DNA of 64,000 bases, from contig JBFFEY010000013.1 in NCBI GenBank assembly GCA_041558415.1, forward strand, positions 183 through 64,182, written 5' to 3'. Made by a program: the position numbers and the translations under genes. Of the stretch, positions 54,277 to 63,604 are shown in pieces (the first letter of the stretch is position 1; each line of letters begins with the position of its first letter). The notes below the pieces were generated by a model. That model saw only the letters and a list, made by a program, of their open reading frames with translations, did not search any database and was not told the DNA's origin. The DNA comes from Burkholderiales bacterium (GTDB lineage Bacteria > Pseudomonadota > Gammaproteobacteria > Burkholderiales > SG8-39).

Positions 54277-55437
54277 ATGAACCTCGGACCCCAGACCCAC
54301 CAGGACCTGCGCGACGCCGTGCGCGCGCTGTGCAACCAGTACGACTCCGCCTACTGGCAGCAGGTCGATGAAGAACGCGCTTATCCCGAAGCCTTCGTCG
54401 ACGCGCTGACGCAGGCCGGCTGGATGTCGGCGCTGATTCCGGAGGAATACGGCGGCTCGGGCCTGTCGCTCACCGAGGCGACGGTCATCATGGAAGAGAT
54501 CACGCGCTCCGGCGGTAACGCCGGCTGCTGCCACGGTCAGATGTACAACATGAACACGCTGCTCAGGAACGGCTCCGAGGCGCAGAAGCAGAAGTACATG
54601 CCGAAGATCGCGACCGGCGAGCTGCGCCTGCAGGCGATGGGCGTCACCGAGCCGACCGCGGGCACCGATACGACGACGATCAAGACCACGGCGGTCAAAA
54701 AGGGCGACCGCTACGTGGTGAACGGCCAGAAGGTGTGGACTTCCCGCCTGCAGCACTCGGAGCTCATGCTGCTGCTCGCACGCACCACCCCGCTTGCCGA
54801 GGTGAAGCGCAAGTCCGAAGGCATGTCGGTGTTCATCGTCGACAAGCGCGAGGCGCTCGGCCAGGGGCTGACGATGCGGCCGATCCGCAACATGGTGAAC
54901 CACGAGACCAACGAGGTGTTCTTCGACAACCTCGAAATCCCCGCCGAAAACCTGATCGGCGAGGAAGGCAAGGGCTTTCGCTACATTCTCGACGGGCTAA
55001 ACGCGGAACGCATCCTGATCGCCGCCGAGTGCATCGGCGACGGCTACTGGTTCATCGAGCGGGCGACGAACTACGCCAAGGACCGTGTCGTGTTCGGCCG
55101 GCCGATCGGGCAGAACCAGGGCATCCAGTTCCCCATTGCCGAAGCCTACATGGAGCTCGAGGCCGCCAACCTGATGCGCTACAAGGCTGCCGCGCTGTTC
55201 GACGAGAAGCAGCACTGCGGCGCGGAAGCCAACATGGCCAAGCACCTCGCGGCGAAGGCCTCCTGGGAGGCGGGCAACGTCTGCCTGCAGACGCACGGCG
55301 GCTTCGGCTTCGCCGCCGAGTACGATGTCGAGCGCAAGTTCCGCGAGACGCGCCTTTACCTCGTGGCGCCGATTTCGACTAACCTCATCCTGTCCTATCT
55401 CGCCGAGCACGTGCTCGGCCTGCCGCGCTCCTTCTAG
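54277..55437 (+). CDS. Acyl-CoA dehydrogenase
   Basis: In-frame ATG 54277 (MNLGPQTHQDLRDAV). 386 aa. Motifs GVTEPTAGTDT, QIFPIAEAYMELEAA-type region and HGGFGFAAEYDVERKFRE. Confidence 0.85.
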   Translation: MNLGPQTHQDLRDAVRALCNQYDSAYWQQVDEERAYPEAFVDALTQAGWMSALIPEEYGGSGLSLTEATVIMEEITRSGGNAGCCHGQMYNMNTLLRNGSEAQKQKYMPKIATGELRLQAMGVTEPTAGTDTTTIKTTAVKKGDRYVVNGQKVWTSRLQHSELMLLLARTTPLAEVKRKSEGMSVFIVDKREALGQGLTMRPIRNMVNHETNEVFFDNLEIPAENLIGEEGKGFRYILDGLNAERILIAAECIGDGYWFIERATNYAKDRVVFGRPIGQNQGIQFPIAEAYMELEAANLMRYKAAALFDEKQHCGAEANMAKHLAAKASWEAGNVCLQTHGGFGFAAEYDVERKFRETRLYLVAPISTNLILSYLAEHVLGLPRSF

Positions 55438-55442
55438 CGCGG

Positions 55443-55886
55443 CTAGCGCGCCAAGGCCGTGCCCAGCTGCGCGGCGAGCTCCCGCTCGGCAAGCGCGGTG
55501 TAATCCTTGTCGATCGCTTCGCGCAGCTGCGTCTTCACGCCCGCGGACAGCTGCCCGCGCAGGATGCCGAGGAACGGCGCCGAGGCGACGAGCACCAGGC
55601 CGCCGTAACGGTTCTGCACGCGTCCCTGCTCGAGCGTATGCCCGAGCTCGCGCGCAAACTGCTCCTGCGCCACGCGCTTCGGCTCGGTGTCCGGGTCCAG
55701 TGCCGTGCGCCGGCCCTGGTCGGTCGCGGTGTGTCCGGGCCGATCCGATACCAGGTCGCCGCCCTTGGCGCGGCTTTCCGGATGCTCGAACTCGCGCACC
55801 AGCGCCAGTTCACCGCCCGCAGCATGGCGCTCGAACAGACGCGCACGGCTCGAGTTCGCAACGACGATCCATGTCTTGTCCGTCAT
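55443..55886 (-). CDS. Host-attachment-protein family (Host_attach domain)
   Basis: Trimmed to MTDKTWIVVANSSRARLFE behind AAGGAGAG. 147 aa. The start and length are typical of this family. Confidence 0.65.
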   Translation of the reverse strand: MTDKTWIVVANSSRARLFERHAAGGELALVREFEHPESRAKGGDLVSDRPGHTATDQGRRTALDPDTEPKRVAQEQFARELGHTLEQGRVQNRYGGLVLVASAPFLGILRGQLSAGVKTQLREAIDKDYTALAERELAAQLGTALAR

Positions 55887-55966
55887 GAGTGGCCTCTCCT
55901 TCTGCCAAACCACTTGCCTCTGTACGTACAGGCTCGCGCGGATCCGGCGCCGCGCGTTGACGTGGA

Positions 55967-56707
55967 TCAACGGCCGGTGTCGCGTATCACGCGCGCGCGC
56001 AGCCGCATGGCGTCGCGCAGCGCGTGGCCCCCGGCCGTATTGTCGAAATAGACGTGCACCTGACGGCCTTCGTCACGCCATTCGCCGCAACGCGCCGCCC
56101 AGCGCGCCAGCGTCGCCGCCGCGTAGGGCGAGACATAGGTCTCGCGGTGGCCGTGCAGCCGCAGGTAGACGAGATCGGTCGACACCGCGCGCCAGATCGG
56201 CCAGTCGGCGGCATCGGACTGCACCACCGCGACGCGGGCGCGCTGCAGTCGCGCGCGCACCGCCTCGTCGAACCAGCTCGGATGGCGGAATTCGACTGCG
56301 TGGCGCACGCCATCCCAGCGCCGCAGCCGCGCCAGGAAGCGCTCGAGCAACGCGCCGTCGGCCCGCAGATTGGCTGGCAGCTGCCACAGCACGACAGCCA
56401 GCTTGCGGCCGAGGCCGCGTGCCGGCTCGCGCTGGCGCGCCAGCGCGGTGAGCGGAAAGTCGAGCCGGCGCACGTGCGTCAGGTAGCGGCTCGCCTTGAT
56501 TGCAAAGCGGAAATTCGCTGGTGTCTGCGCGTGCCAGTGTGCGTAGGCCGAACGCGGCAGAAGATGATAAAAAGTCGCATTGACCTCGACTGCGTCGAAC
56601 TGCCGCGCATACCGTCCCAGCCAGCGCGCACGCGGCAGCTGCGCATAAAATGTCGGGCCCCACTCGTCGTAAGCCCACCCGCTGGTACCGATCCAGACGC
56701 GCGGCAT
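55967..56707 (-). CDS. DUF72-family protein
   Basis: Trimmed to MPRVWIGTSGWAYDEWGPTFY, the hallmark N-terminus of DUF72. Confidence 0.85.
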   Translation of the reverse strand: MPRVWIGTSGWAYDEWGPTFYAQLPRARWLGRYARQFDAVEVNATFYHLLPRSAYAHWHAQTPANFRFAIKASRYLTHVRRLDFPLTALARQREPARGLGRKLAVVLWQLPANLRADGALLERFLARLRRWDGVRHAVEFRHPSWFDEAVRARLQRARVAVVQSDAADWPIWRAVSTDLVYLRLHGHRETYVSPYAAATLARWAARCGEWRDEGRQVHVYFDNTAGGHALRDAMRLRARVIRDTGR

Positions 56708-56795
56708 GTGCGATTGATGGTAGTCAAAAAACCGGCATCCGCAAGCGCCTATGTTGATTCCGGGCACTCAGAGAACGAACGAGCAGAGAGACGCC

Positions 56796-57146
56796 ATGCA
56801 AACCCCACTCCAGATCACCTTCCGCGACGTTCCGCAATCCGACGCCCTCGAGGCGCGCATTCGCGAAAAGGCCGAGAAGCTGGAGTCGTTCCACACAGGG
56901 ATCGTCAGTTGCCGCGTCACCGTCGAATCGCGCGACCGGCACAAGCACCAGGGCAAGGAGTTCCGCGTGCGTATCGAGCTGCGCATTCCGCAGCACGAGA
57001 TTGCGATCAATCGCGACCACCACGAGGATGTCTATGTCGCGGTGCGCGACGCGTTCAACGCGGCCGGACGCAAGCTCGAGGATGTCGCCCGCGTGCAGCG
57101 CGGCGAGGTCAAGGCGCATAGCAAGGGCCGGCCGCCCACACCGTAG
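56796..57146 (+). CDS. HPF/RaiA-family ribosome hibernation factor (short form)
   Basis: In-frame ATG 56796. MQTPLQITFRDVPQSDALEARIREKAEKLESF is typical of the S30EA family. Confidence 0.8.
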   Translation: MQTPLQITFRDVPQSDALEARIREKAEKLESFHTGIVSCRVTVESRDRHKHQGKEFRVRIELRIPQHEIAINRDHHEDVYVAVRDAFNAAGRKLEDVARVQRGEVKAHSKGRPPTP

Positions 57147-57168
57147 CAAGCTCGTTTATAGTACGCGC

Positions 57169-57459
57169 ATGACGACGAATCACTGGCGGCGGCTCTTGGC
57201 GGCCGCCACACTCACACTGACGCTCACCGTCGCCGGCTGCGGCTCGAAGGTCAACGAAGAGAATTTCGCGCGCATTCAGGACGAGATGACCGAACAGCAG
57301 GTTATCGATCTGCTGGGTCAGCCCTCCGAGACCAGCAGCGTGAGCGCCCTCGGCGTGTCCGGCACATCAGCGGTATGGCGCACCGAAGACGCCGTGATCA
57401 GCGTGCAGTTCGTCAACGGCAAGGTGCGTCTCAAGCAGTTCGATCGCCCGAAGCGCTGA
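57169..57459 (+). CDS. Small lipoprotein, BamE/SmpA-OmlA-like fold
   Basis: In-frame ATG 57169. Lipobox LTVAGC, then EENFARIQDEMTEQQVIDLLGQP. Confidence 0.6.
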   Translation: MTTNHWRRLLAAATLTLTLTVAGCGSKVNEENFARIQDEMTEQQVIDLLGQPSETSSVSALGVSGTSAVWRTEDAVISVQFVNGKVRLKQFDRPKR

Positions 57460-58444
57460 GCGGCGCGAGCGCCGGAACCAGCACCGAGAGCGCGGCGGGC
57501 AGCACGCTGACCGAAACGCGCCGTGTCGCGGGGAACGGCAGCTCGCCGTCCGCCTCGATCGCCATCGGCGTCTCGGATTCGAAACCGATACGCCGCGCAC
57601 GCTGCATACGCACGCGCGGGTGGTCGGTATGCCGCCCGCGCATCACGCGCGGCACCAGGCCGAGAATGGCGACGCGACCGAGCGCGCCGGCCAGCATCAC
57701 GTCGAGCAGGCCGTCGTCGGCGCGCGCATCCGGACACACCCAGAAGCTGCTGCCGAAGCAGCGCCCGTTCATCACTGCCGCGATCGTCGCCTCGCAGCTT
57801 TCGGGCGGCGCGTCGTCGAGCTGCAGCGTCAGGCGCAAGCGCGGGTAGGCAACTAGGGTTTTGGCGAGCGCACCGAAATAGGCGGCGCGTCCCCTCAGCC
57901 ACGCCGGCATGGCGGCGGCGTTGGCGGCGCCCTGCGCGCCGAAGCCTACGTCCATGCCGTTGGCGAAATAGCGGCGCTGCACTGCGCCCGGTGGCGCCTC
58001 AACCTCGATGCAGCCGGCGTCGAAGCGGCGCGTCTGGCCACCTGCGATCGTCGCCACCGCCGTCGGCCAGTCCGGCGCCCGTCCGCCGATCGCGATCGAT
58101 GGCGCGATCAGCTTGGCGAAGTCGTCGCCGCTGCCCAGCGGCAGCACGCCGAGCGCCGCGACGCGGCCGTCACCCGCGGCACGCAGCAGGCCGTTGACCA
58201 CTTCGTGCACCGTGCCGTCACCTCCGGCCGCGACTACGGCCGCGTATTCGCCCGCGGCCCGCTCGGCGTGCCCGATCGCCTCGCCGCCGCGCGCCGTCGT
58301 CACCGCATCGAAATCGACGCCGGCCGCGCGCAGCGCGCGCGCCACGAACGGCCACCGCTTTCGCGCGCGACCGCGGCCCGCCGCCGGATTGACGATGACC
58401 AGGATGCGCGTCATTCCGCGTGGGAAGCCGGCGGCCTCGCTCAT
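57431..58444 (-). CDS. YegS/DAGK-family lipid kinase
   Basis: 337 aa. Motifs ILVIVNPAAGRGRA and VAAGGDGTVHEVVNGL. Its ATG overlaps the antiporter stop (ATGA 58441-58444). Confidence 0.85.
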   Translation of the reverse strand: MSEAAGFPRGMTRILVIVNPAAGRGRARKRWPFVARALRAAGVDFDAVTTARGGEAIGHAERAAGEYAAVVAAGGDGTVHEVVNGLLRAAGDGRVAALGVLPLGSGDDFAKLIAPSIAIGGRAPDWPTAVATIAGGQTRRFDAGCIEVEAPPGAVQRRYFANGMDVGFGAQGAANAAAMPAWLRGRAAYFGALAKTLVAYPRLRLTLQLDDAPPESCEATIAAVMNGRCFGSSFWVCPDARADDGLLDVMLAGALGRVAILGLVPRVMRGRHTDHPRVRMQRARRIGFESETPMAIEADGELPFPATRRVSVSVLPAALSVLVPALAPLSASGDRTA

Positions 58445-60894
58445 TTGTCGGCCACGGTCCCGGCGCGCGCCGCGAGCGCCACACGCTCGGCGTGCGAAGC
58501 CTCGAGGCGGCGCAGCACCTCGGGCTCTCTTTCGCCGAGCGCGAGCACGTCAGCGCGCGTCAGACGCAACAAGGTGCAGGGCGTCTCCGCGATCACGGTA
58601 CCCTGGCGCACGTGATCGCCGAGCAGCGCGGTCTCGCCGAAGAAATCGTCTTCCCCCAGGCGACCGAGCAGCACGGCCTCGCCCTGCGCGTTCCGGCGTT
58701 CCGCGCGCAGACGCCCGTGCAGCACGATGTACAGTGCGTCACCCTTCTGCCCTTCGGCGATGACCGTGTCGTTGGCGAGAAAGTTGACGGTGTCGGCGCG
58801 TTGCGCGAGTCGCTCGAGTGTCGCCTCGCGCAAGCCGGCAAACAGCGGCACTGCGGAAACCAGGTCATGCGCATTCGGCGCCGGCTGGGCGCGCGCGATC
58901 GACGGCAGAGCAGTCAGCGCGTCCTCGATGCGTTTCACGATGCGCGCATACGCCTTGGCGCCGAGCGCACCGTGCTGGTGCGCCGCGTCCGCGCGCGCCC
59001 GCGCACTCAGCAGCGCAACACGCTGCCAGAGCCGCGTTTCGTAAGCGCGGAAGTATTCCGGGAATTCGCGCCGCACGGATTCGATGCGTTCGCTGCGTCG
59101 CTGCAGCCGCTGCCGGTACACGGCGGCGAGTTGCTCGCGTTCGTCTTGCGACAGCGCGTCGTCGGCGCGCAGGCCCTCGAGCGCCGCCTGCGCAGTCAGC
59201 ACGCCGGCGATGTCGCGCTGCAGCCGCTGACCGAGGCGCAGGTCCTGATAGCGCGCCAGCATCCCCGCAGCCCAGTCCTGCTCGCGCAGCCGGCCGATCA
59301 GCGCCAGTTCGAGCCGCGCGAACGGGCTGCGCGGCGCCGAGGCGGTGCCGCCGTCGTACACGGGCGACTCGCGGTCGCGCAGCAGCGTGTTGCGCATGTC
59401 GAGAAACACGTAAGGCCCGATGATGCCCTTCTCATGCAGCGACCCCAGGGCCTCGAATTCCGCGTGCACGGCACGGCGGTGGCCATGGCGCAGCAACTGC
59501 TGCTCCGGCAGCACCGGCAGGTCGCGCGCCAGCACCTCGCGCAACCGGCGGCGCACGCGCCGCTGCACGCGGCGCGACATCAGGTCGAGTCGGCGAAACC
59601 GCTCGAGCACGCCTTCGGCGGCGCGCTCACCCTCCGCCAGCCCGTCGCGCAGCTCGGCCTGCTCCTCGTCGGTCATGCGGTCGATTCCGAGCCGGTGGAT
59701 CACCGGGCGCACGCTCGGCGCGTTGACCAGGAGCGTGAACAGCACCACGCCGAGCGTCAGCGCCTGAATCAGCTCGCGCTCGGGCAGGGTCTCGGGGATC
59801 GACAACGCAATGGCGATTGCCAGCCCACCGCGCAGCCCGCCCCACCACAGCAGGTGCTGCTCGCCGCGGCTGATGCGTGGCAGCCTGAAACGGCGCAGCG
59901 TGACCGGGAGCAGCAGGTAAACCGGAATCGCCCGCGCGATCAGCATCAGCGCAAGCGCTACCGCGATCAGGCCCGCATTCGCAGCCAGCGACGGCAGATG
60001 CAGCGACAGTCCCATGAGCAGGAACAGCAGCGAATTGCAGACCATCGCCGCGACCTCCCACACCTGGCGGACGGCCTCCAGTGCCGCCTGCGACGCGCGC
60101 GCCACCGCGATCGCGGCGAAGGACAGCGCGGCGCCGGTGACGGCCACGACACCCGAGGCGTGCAGCGTCTCGGCGATTGCAAAGGCGGCGTAGGCCGCGA
60201 CGAAGGTCATCACCAGGGCCGCGGTCTCGTCGGCCCGGCTGCGGTGCACGATTTCGATCGCGGCGACGCCGACCGCGATGCCGGTCAGCGCGCCGCCGAG
60301 AAAAACGAGTGGGAAGTCGACCAGGCCCTCGGTCACCTGCGACCATCCCAGCGCGCCGCCGAGGGCCATCGCCAGCAGGATCTTGAACAGCACCAGTGCG
60401 GTCGCATCGTTCAGCAGCGATTCGCCTTCCACCAGTACGGTGAGGCGCTGTGCCACGCCAAGCTCGCGAAACAGGGCAACCACCGCCACCGGATCGGTCG
60501 CGGAAATCAGCGCACCGAACAGCAGCGCCGGCAGCAACGCGAGTCCCGTGATGGCCCACAGGCCGGCGCCGATCACCGCCGTCGAGACGAGCAGCGCCGG
60601 CACGGCGAGCATCAGGATCGGCGCCGCATCCTTGATCAGCTGGCGGGCGTTGAGATTGAACGCCGATTCGAAGATCAGCACCGGCAGAAAGATGTACAGC
60701 ACCAAATCGGGCGTCAGCTGAAACGCGAGCAGCGGCTCGAGCGCATCGACCCGGCGCGCGAGCGCACCGAGCGCCATGCCGAGCAGGACGAGCAACACCG
60801 TGTACGGCACGGGCAGCCGACGTCCGAGCCCCGCCGCCGCCACCGCGACCGCGAGCATGCCGGTAATGATCAGAACGACGTCGGCGATCGGCAT
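58441..60894 (-). CDS. CPA1 (NhaP-type) Na+/H+ antiporter fused to a C-terminal cyclic-nucleotide-binding domain
   Basis: Track ORF trimmed to MPIADVVLIITGML (cat 60892-60894). Motifs ISATDPVAV and LLNDATALVLF. The C-terminal cNMP fold is GDALYIVLHGRL ... FFGETALL ... VRQGTVIA. Confidence 0.85.
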   Translation of the reverse strand: MPIADVVLIITGMLAVAVAAAGLGRRLPVPYTVLLVLLGMALGALARRVDALEPLLAFQLTPDLVLYIFLPVLIFESAFNLNARQLIKDAAPILMLAVPALLVSTAVIGAGLWAITGLALLPALLFGALISATDPVAVVALFRELGVAQRLTVLVEGESLLNDATALVLFKILLAMALGGALGWSQVTEGLVDFPLVFLGGALTGIAVGVAAIEIVHRSRADETAALVMTFVAAYAAFAIAETLHASGVVAVTGAALSFAAIAVARASQAALEAVRQVWEVAAMVCNSLLFLLMGLSLHLPSLAANAGLIAVALALMLIARAIPVYLLLPVTLRRFRLPRISRGEQHLLWWGGLRGGLAIAIALSIPETLPERELIQALTLGVVLFTLLVNAPSVRPVIHRLGIDRMTDEEQAELRDGLAEGERAAEGVLERFRRLDLMSRRVQRRVRRRLREVLARDLPVLPEQQLLRHGHRRAVHAEFEALGSLHEKGIIGPYVFLDMRNTLLRDRESPVYDGGTASAPRSPFARLELALIGRLREQDWAAGMLARYQDLRLGQRLQRDIAGVLTAQAALEGLRADDALSQDEREQLAAVYRQRLQRRSERIESVRREFPEYFRAYETRLWQRVALLSARARADAAHQHGALGAKAYARIVKRIEDALTALPSIARAQPAPNAHDLVSAVPLFAGLREATLERLAQRADTVNFLANDTVIAEGQKGDALYIVLHGRLRAERRNAQGEAVLLGRLGEDDFFGETALLGDHVRQGTVIAETPCTLLRLTRADVLALGEREPEVLRRLEASHAERVALAARAGTVADK

Positions 60895-60967
60895 TGACGA
60901 TGGCGGTGGCCGGGCCAACAACAACGGCGCCCTGCGGCACCGTCGAGCATCGGTCAGGCGGTGCGCA

Positions 60968-61762
60968 CTACTTCTTCCACCTCGGGTCGCGCTTCTCGAT
61001 GAAGGCGTCCATCCCTTCGCGGCCTTCCTCGTGCACGAAGCTGGCCGTAATGACGCGACTCGCCATCTCGTAGGCACGCTCGATGCTCAGATCCATCTGC
61101 TCGTAGAAGGCACGCTTGCCTTCGGAGAGCGTGGCCCGCGGCTTGCCGGCGAGCTTGCCCGCGAGTTCGCTGACCACTGCGTCCAGCGCCTCCGCGGGAA
61201 CCACGCGATTCACCAGTCCCCATTCCATCGCGCGCTTGGCGTCGACCAGCTCACCCGTGAGCAACATCTCCATCGCATGCTTGCGATGAATGTTGCGCCC
61301 CACGGCAACACCCGGCGTCGAGCAGAAAAAGCCCCAGGTCACGCCGGGCGTGGTGAATTTCGCCGCTTCCGATGCGAGCGCCAGGTCGCACTGCGCGACC
61401 AGCTGGCAGCCCGCGGCGGCGGCGGCGCCCTGGACGCGCGCGACGACGGGCTGCGGCAGCTGCTGGATCGACAGCATCATGCGCGCACAGCGTCGAAACA
61501 GCGCTTCGACCTTGTGTTTGTCACCCAGCGTGCGGATTTCCTTCAAGTCGTGTCCTGCGCAAAAGCCCTTACCGTTGGCCGCCAGCACGACCACGCGGAT
61601 GCCGTCGTCCTGGGCAACGTTGTCCAGCGCATCCTGGATCGCGGCAATCATCTCGCTCGTCAGCAGGTTCATCTGCTTCGGACGGTTCATCGTCAACGTG
61701 CAGATCGCGTCGTGGTCCTGGCGGATCAGAACGGGTCCTTCGGCTTCGGGGACGGCGTTCAT
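60968..61762 (-). CDS. Enoyl-CoA hydratase/isomerase family
   Basis: 264 aa. Motifs ICTLTMNRPKQMNLL and LAANGKGFCAGHDL. Confidence 0.85.
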   Translation of the reverse strand: MNAVPEAEGPVLIRQDHDAICTLTMNRPKQMNLLTSEMIAAIQDALDNVAQDDGIRVVVLAANGKGFCAGHDLKEIRTLGDKHKVEALFRRCARMMLSIQQLPQPVVARVQGAAAAAGCQLVAQCDLALASEAAKFTTPGVTWGFFCSTPGVAVGRNIHRKHAMEMLLTGELVDAKRAMEWGLVNRVVPAEALDAVVSELAGKLAGKPRATLSEGKRAFYEQMDLSIERAYEMASRVITASFVHEEGREGMDAFIEKRDPRWKK

Positions 61763-61824
61763 GGGTTCACCTTTCGCTTCGCAGGGCTCGGTCGTGCCAC
61801 CTCAATCGATGCAGCTTTGTGTCC

Positions 61825-61864
61825 TGCATTCGCGGGGCCCCAAAGACCGGACCCCGCAAATGCA
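61825..61864. other. Imperfect 13-bp inverted repeat between the acyl-CoA synthetase and crotonase genes
   Basis: TGCATTCGCGGGG (61825-61837) pairs with CCCCGCAAATGCA (61852-61864) with one mismatch and a 14-nt loop. No U-run follows on the minus strand. Confidence 0.3.
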
Positions 61865-61890
61865 GACAATCGTTCAAAACCATCGTCGCC

Positions 61891-63540
61891 TCAGGTGTCG
61901 ATCGCAGCCGCCGATTTCGCCTTTTCGCGCAACACGAATTTCTGGATCTTGCCGGTCGAGGTCTTCGGCAGTTCGCCGAACACCACCGCGCGCGGCACCT
62001 TGAAACGCGCCATGCTGGCGCGGCAGAACGCGATGATCTCCTGCTCGGTGGCCGAGGCACCGGCCTTCAGTTCGACGAAAGCGCAGGGCGTTTCGCCCCA
62101 CTTGGCATCGGGCATGGCGACGACCGCGGCGGCCATCACCGCCGGGTGGCGGTAGAGCTGGTCTTCGACCTCGATCGAGCTGATGTTCTCGCCGCCGGAA
62201 ATGATGATGTCCTTGGAACGGTCCTTGATCTTGACGTAGCCGTCGAGCTGCTTCACCGCAAGGTCGCCCGAGTGGAACCAGCCGCCGCGGAAAGCCTCCT
62301 GCGTCGCCTTCGGATTCTTGAGGTAGCCCTTCATGGTGATGTTGCCGCGAAACATGATCTCGCCCATGGTCTCGCCGTCGGCCGGCACCGGGGTCATGGT
62401 CTCCGGGTCCATGACCTCGAGCCCCTCCTCCACGGTGTAGCGCACGCCCTGGCGGCCGTTCAGGGCAACCTGCTCGTCGAGCGGCAGCGCCGCCCAGCCG
62501 GGCTGCTTGGCGCAGACGGTCGCCGGCCCGTAGGTCTCGGTCAGGCCGTAGACATGCGTCAGCGAAAAGCCCATCTTTTCCATGCCCTCGATGATCGCCG
62601 CGGGCGGTGCGGCACCGGCCACCAGGCAGCTCACTCTGTGGTCGAGGCCCCGCTTCATTTCCGCGGGCGCGTTGATCAGCGTCTGGTGCACGATCGGCGC
62701 GCCGCAGTAATGCGTGACGCGGTGCCTCTTGATCAGCCGGAAGATCTCGCCGGCGTCGACCTTGCGCAGGCAGACGTTGGTACCGGCATTCGCCGCCATG
62801 GTCCACGGAAAGCACCAGCCATTGCAATGAAACATCGGCAGCGTCCAGAGGTACACGGCGTGATGCGGCATGCCCCAGACCAGAATGTTGCCGACGCCGT
62901 TCAGGTAGGCGCCACGGTGGTGATAGACGACGCCCTTGGGGTTGCCGGTGGTGCCCGAGGTGTAATTGAGCGAGATGGCCTGCCATTCGTCCGCCGGCCA
63001 CGACCATGCCCAATCGGGATCGCCTTCCGCGAGCAGCGCCTCGTAGCTCTGCCGGCCGAGGCGCTTGCCCGGACCGTCGTACACCGCATCGTCGACGTCG
63101 ATGACTTCAATGGCGCGCCCGAGCTTGGCGAGCACCGCCTCGATGGTCGGCGCAAACTCGCGATCGGTGAGCAGCATCTTGGCGCCGCCGTGATCCAGCA
63201 TGAAGGCGATGGCCTCCGCGTCCAGCCGCGTGTTGAGGGTGTTGAGCACGGCGCCGGTCATCGGCACGCCGAAGTGCGCCTCGACCATGGGCGGCACGTT
63301 GGGCAGCATCGCCGCAACCGTGTCGCCTACGCCGATGCCGCGCTTGGCGAGCGCTGCGCCGAGGCGCCGCGCGCGCGTATCGGTCTCGCGCCAGGTATAG
63401 CGGGCGTCACCATGAATCACCGCAACCTGATCGGGATAGACGCGCGCCGCGCGCTCGATGAACGACAGCGGCGTGAGCGGCGCATAGTTCGCCGGGTTCT
63501 GCTCGAGGTCCTGCTCGTAGGGATTGGTGGATCGCGTCAT
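61891..63540 (-). CDS. AMP-forming acyl-CoA synthetase (medium-chain type)
   Basis: Trimmed to MTRSTNPYEQDLEQNPANY (cat 63538-63540). Motifs YTSGTTGNPKGV, GLTETYG and SGGENISS. Confidence 0.9.
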   Translation of the reverse strand: MTRSTNPYEQDLEQNPANYAPLTPLSFIERAARVYPDQVAVIHGDARYTWRETDTRARRLGAALAKRGIGVGDTVAAMLPNVPPMVEAHFGVPMTGAVLNTLNTRLDAEAIAFMLDHGGAKMLLTDREFAPTIEAVLAKLGRAIEVIDVDDAVYDGPGKRLGRQSYEALLAEGDPDWAWSWPADEWQAISLNYTSGTTGNPKGVVYHHRGAYLNGVGNILVWGMPHHAVYLWTLPMFHCNGWCFPWTMAANAGTNVCLRKVDAGEIFRLIKRHRVTHYCGAPIVHQTLINAPAEMKRGLDHRVSCLVAGAAPPAAIIEGMEKMGFSLTHVYGLTETYGPATVCAKQPGWAALPLDEQVALNGRQGVRYTVEEGLEVMDPETMTPVPADGETMGEIMFRGNITMKGYLKNPKATQEAFRGGWFHSGDLAVKQLDGYVKIKDRSKDIIISGGENISSIEVEDQLYRHPAVMAAAVVAMPDAKWGETPCAFVELKAGASATEQEIIAFCRASMARFKVPRAVVFGELPKTSTGKIQKFVLREKAKSAAAIDT

Positions 63541-63604
63541 GTCCCGCGCTCGTGCTGTCCGTCGCCTGCAATCAGTCGGTAGTATAGCCTCGGCGGATTC
63601 GGCG

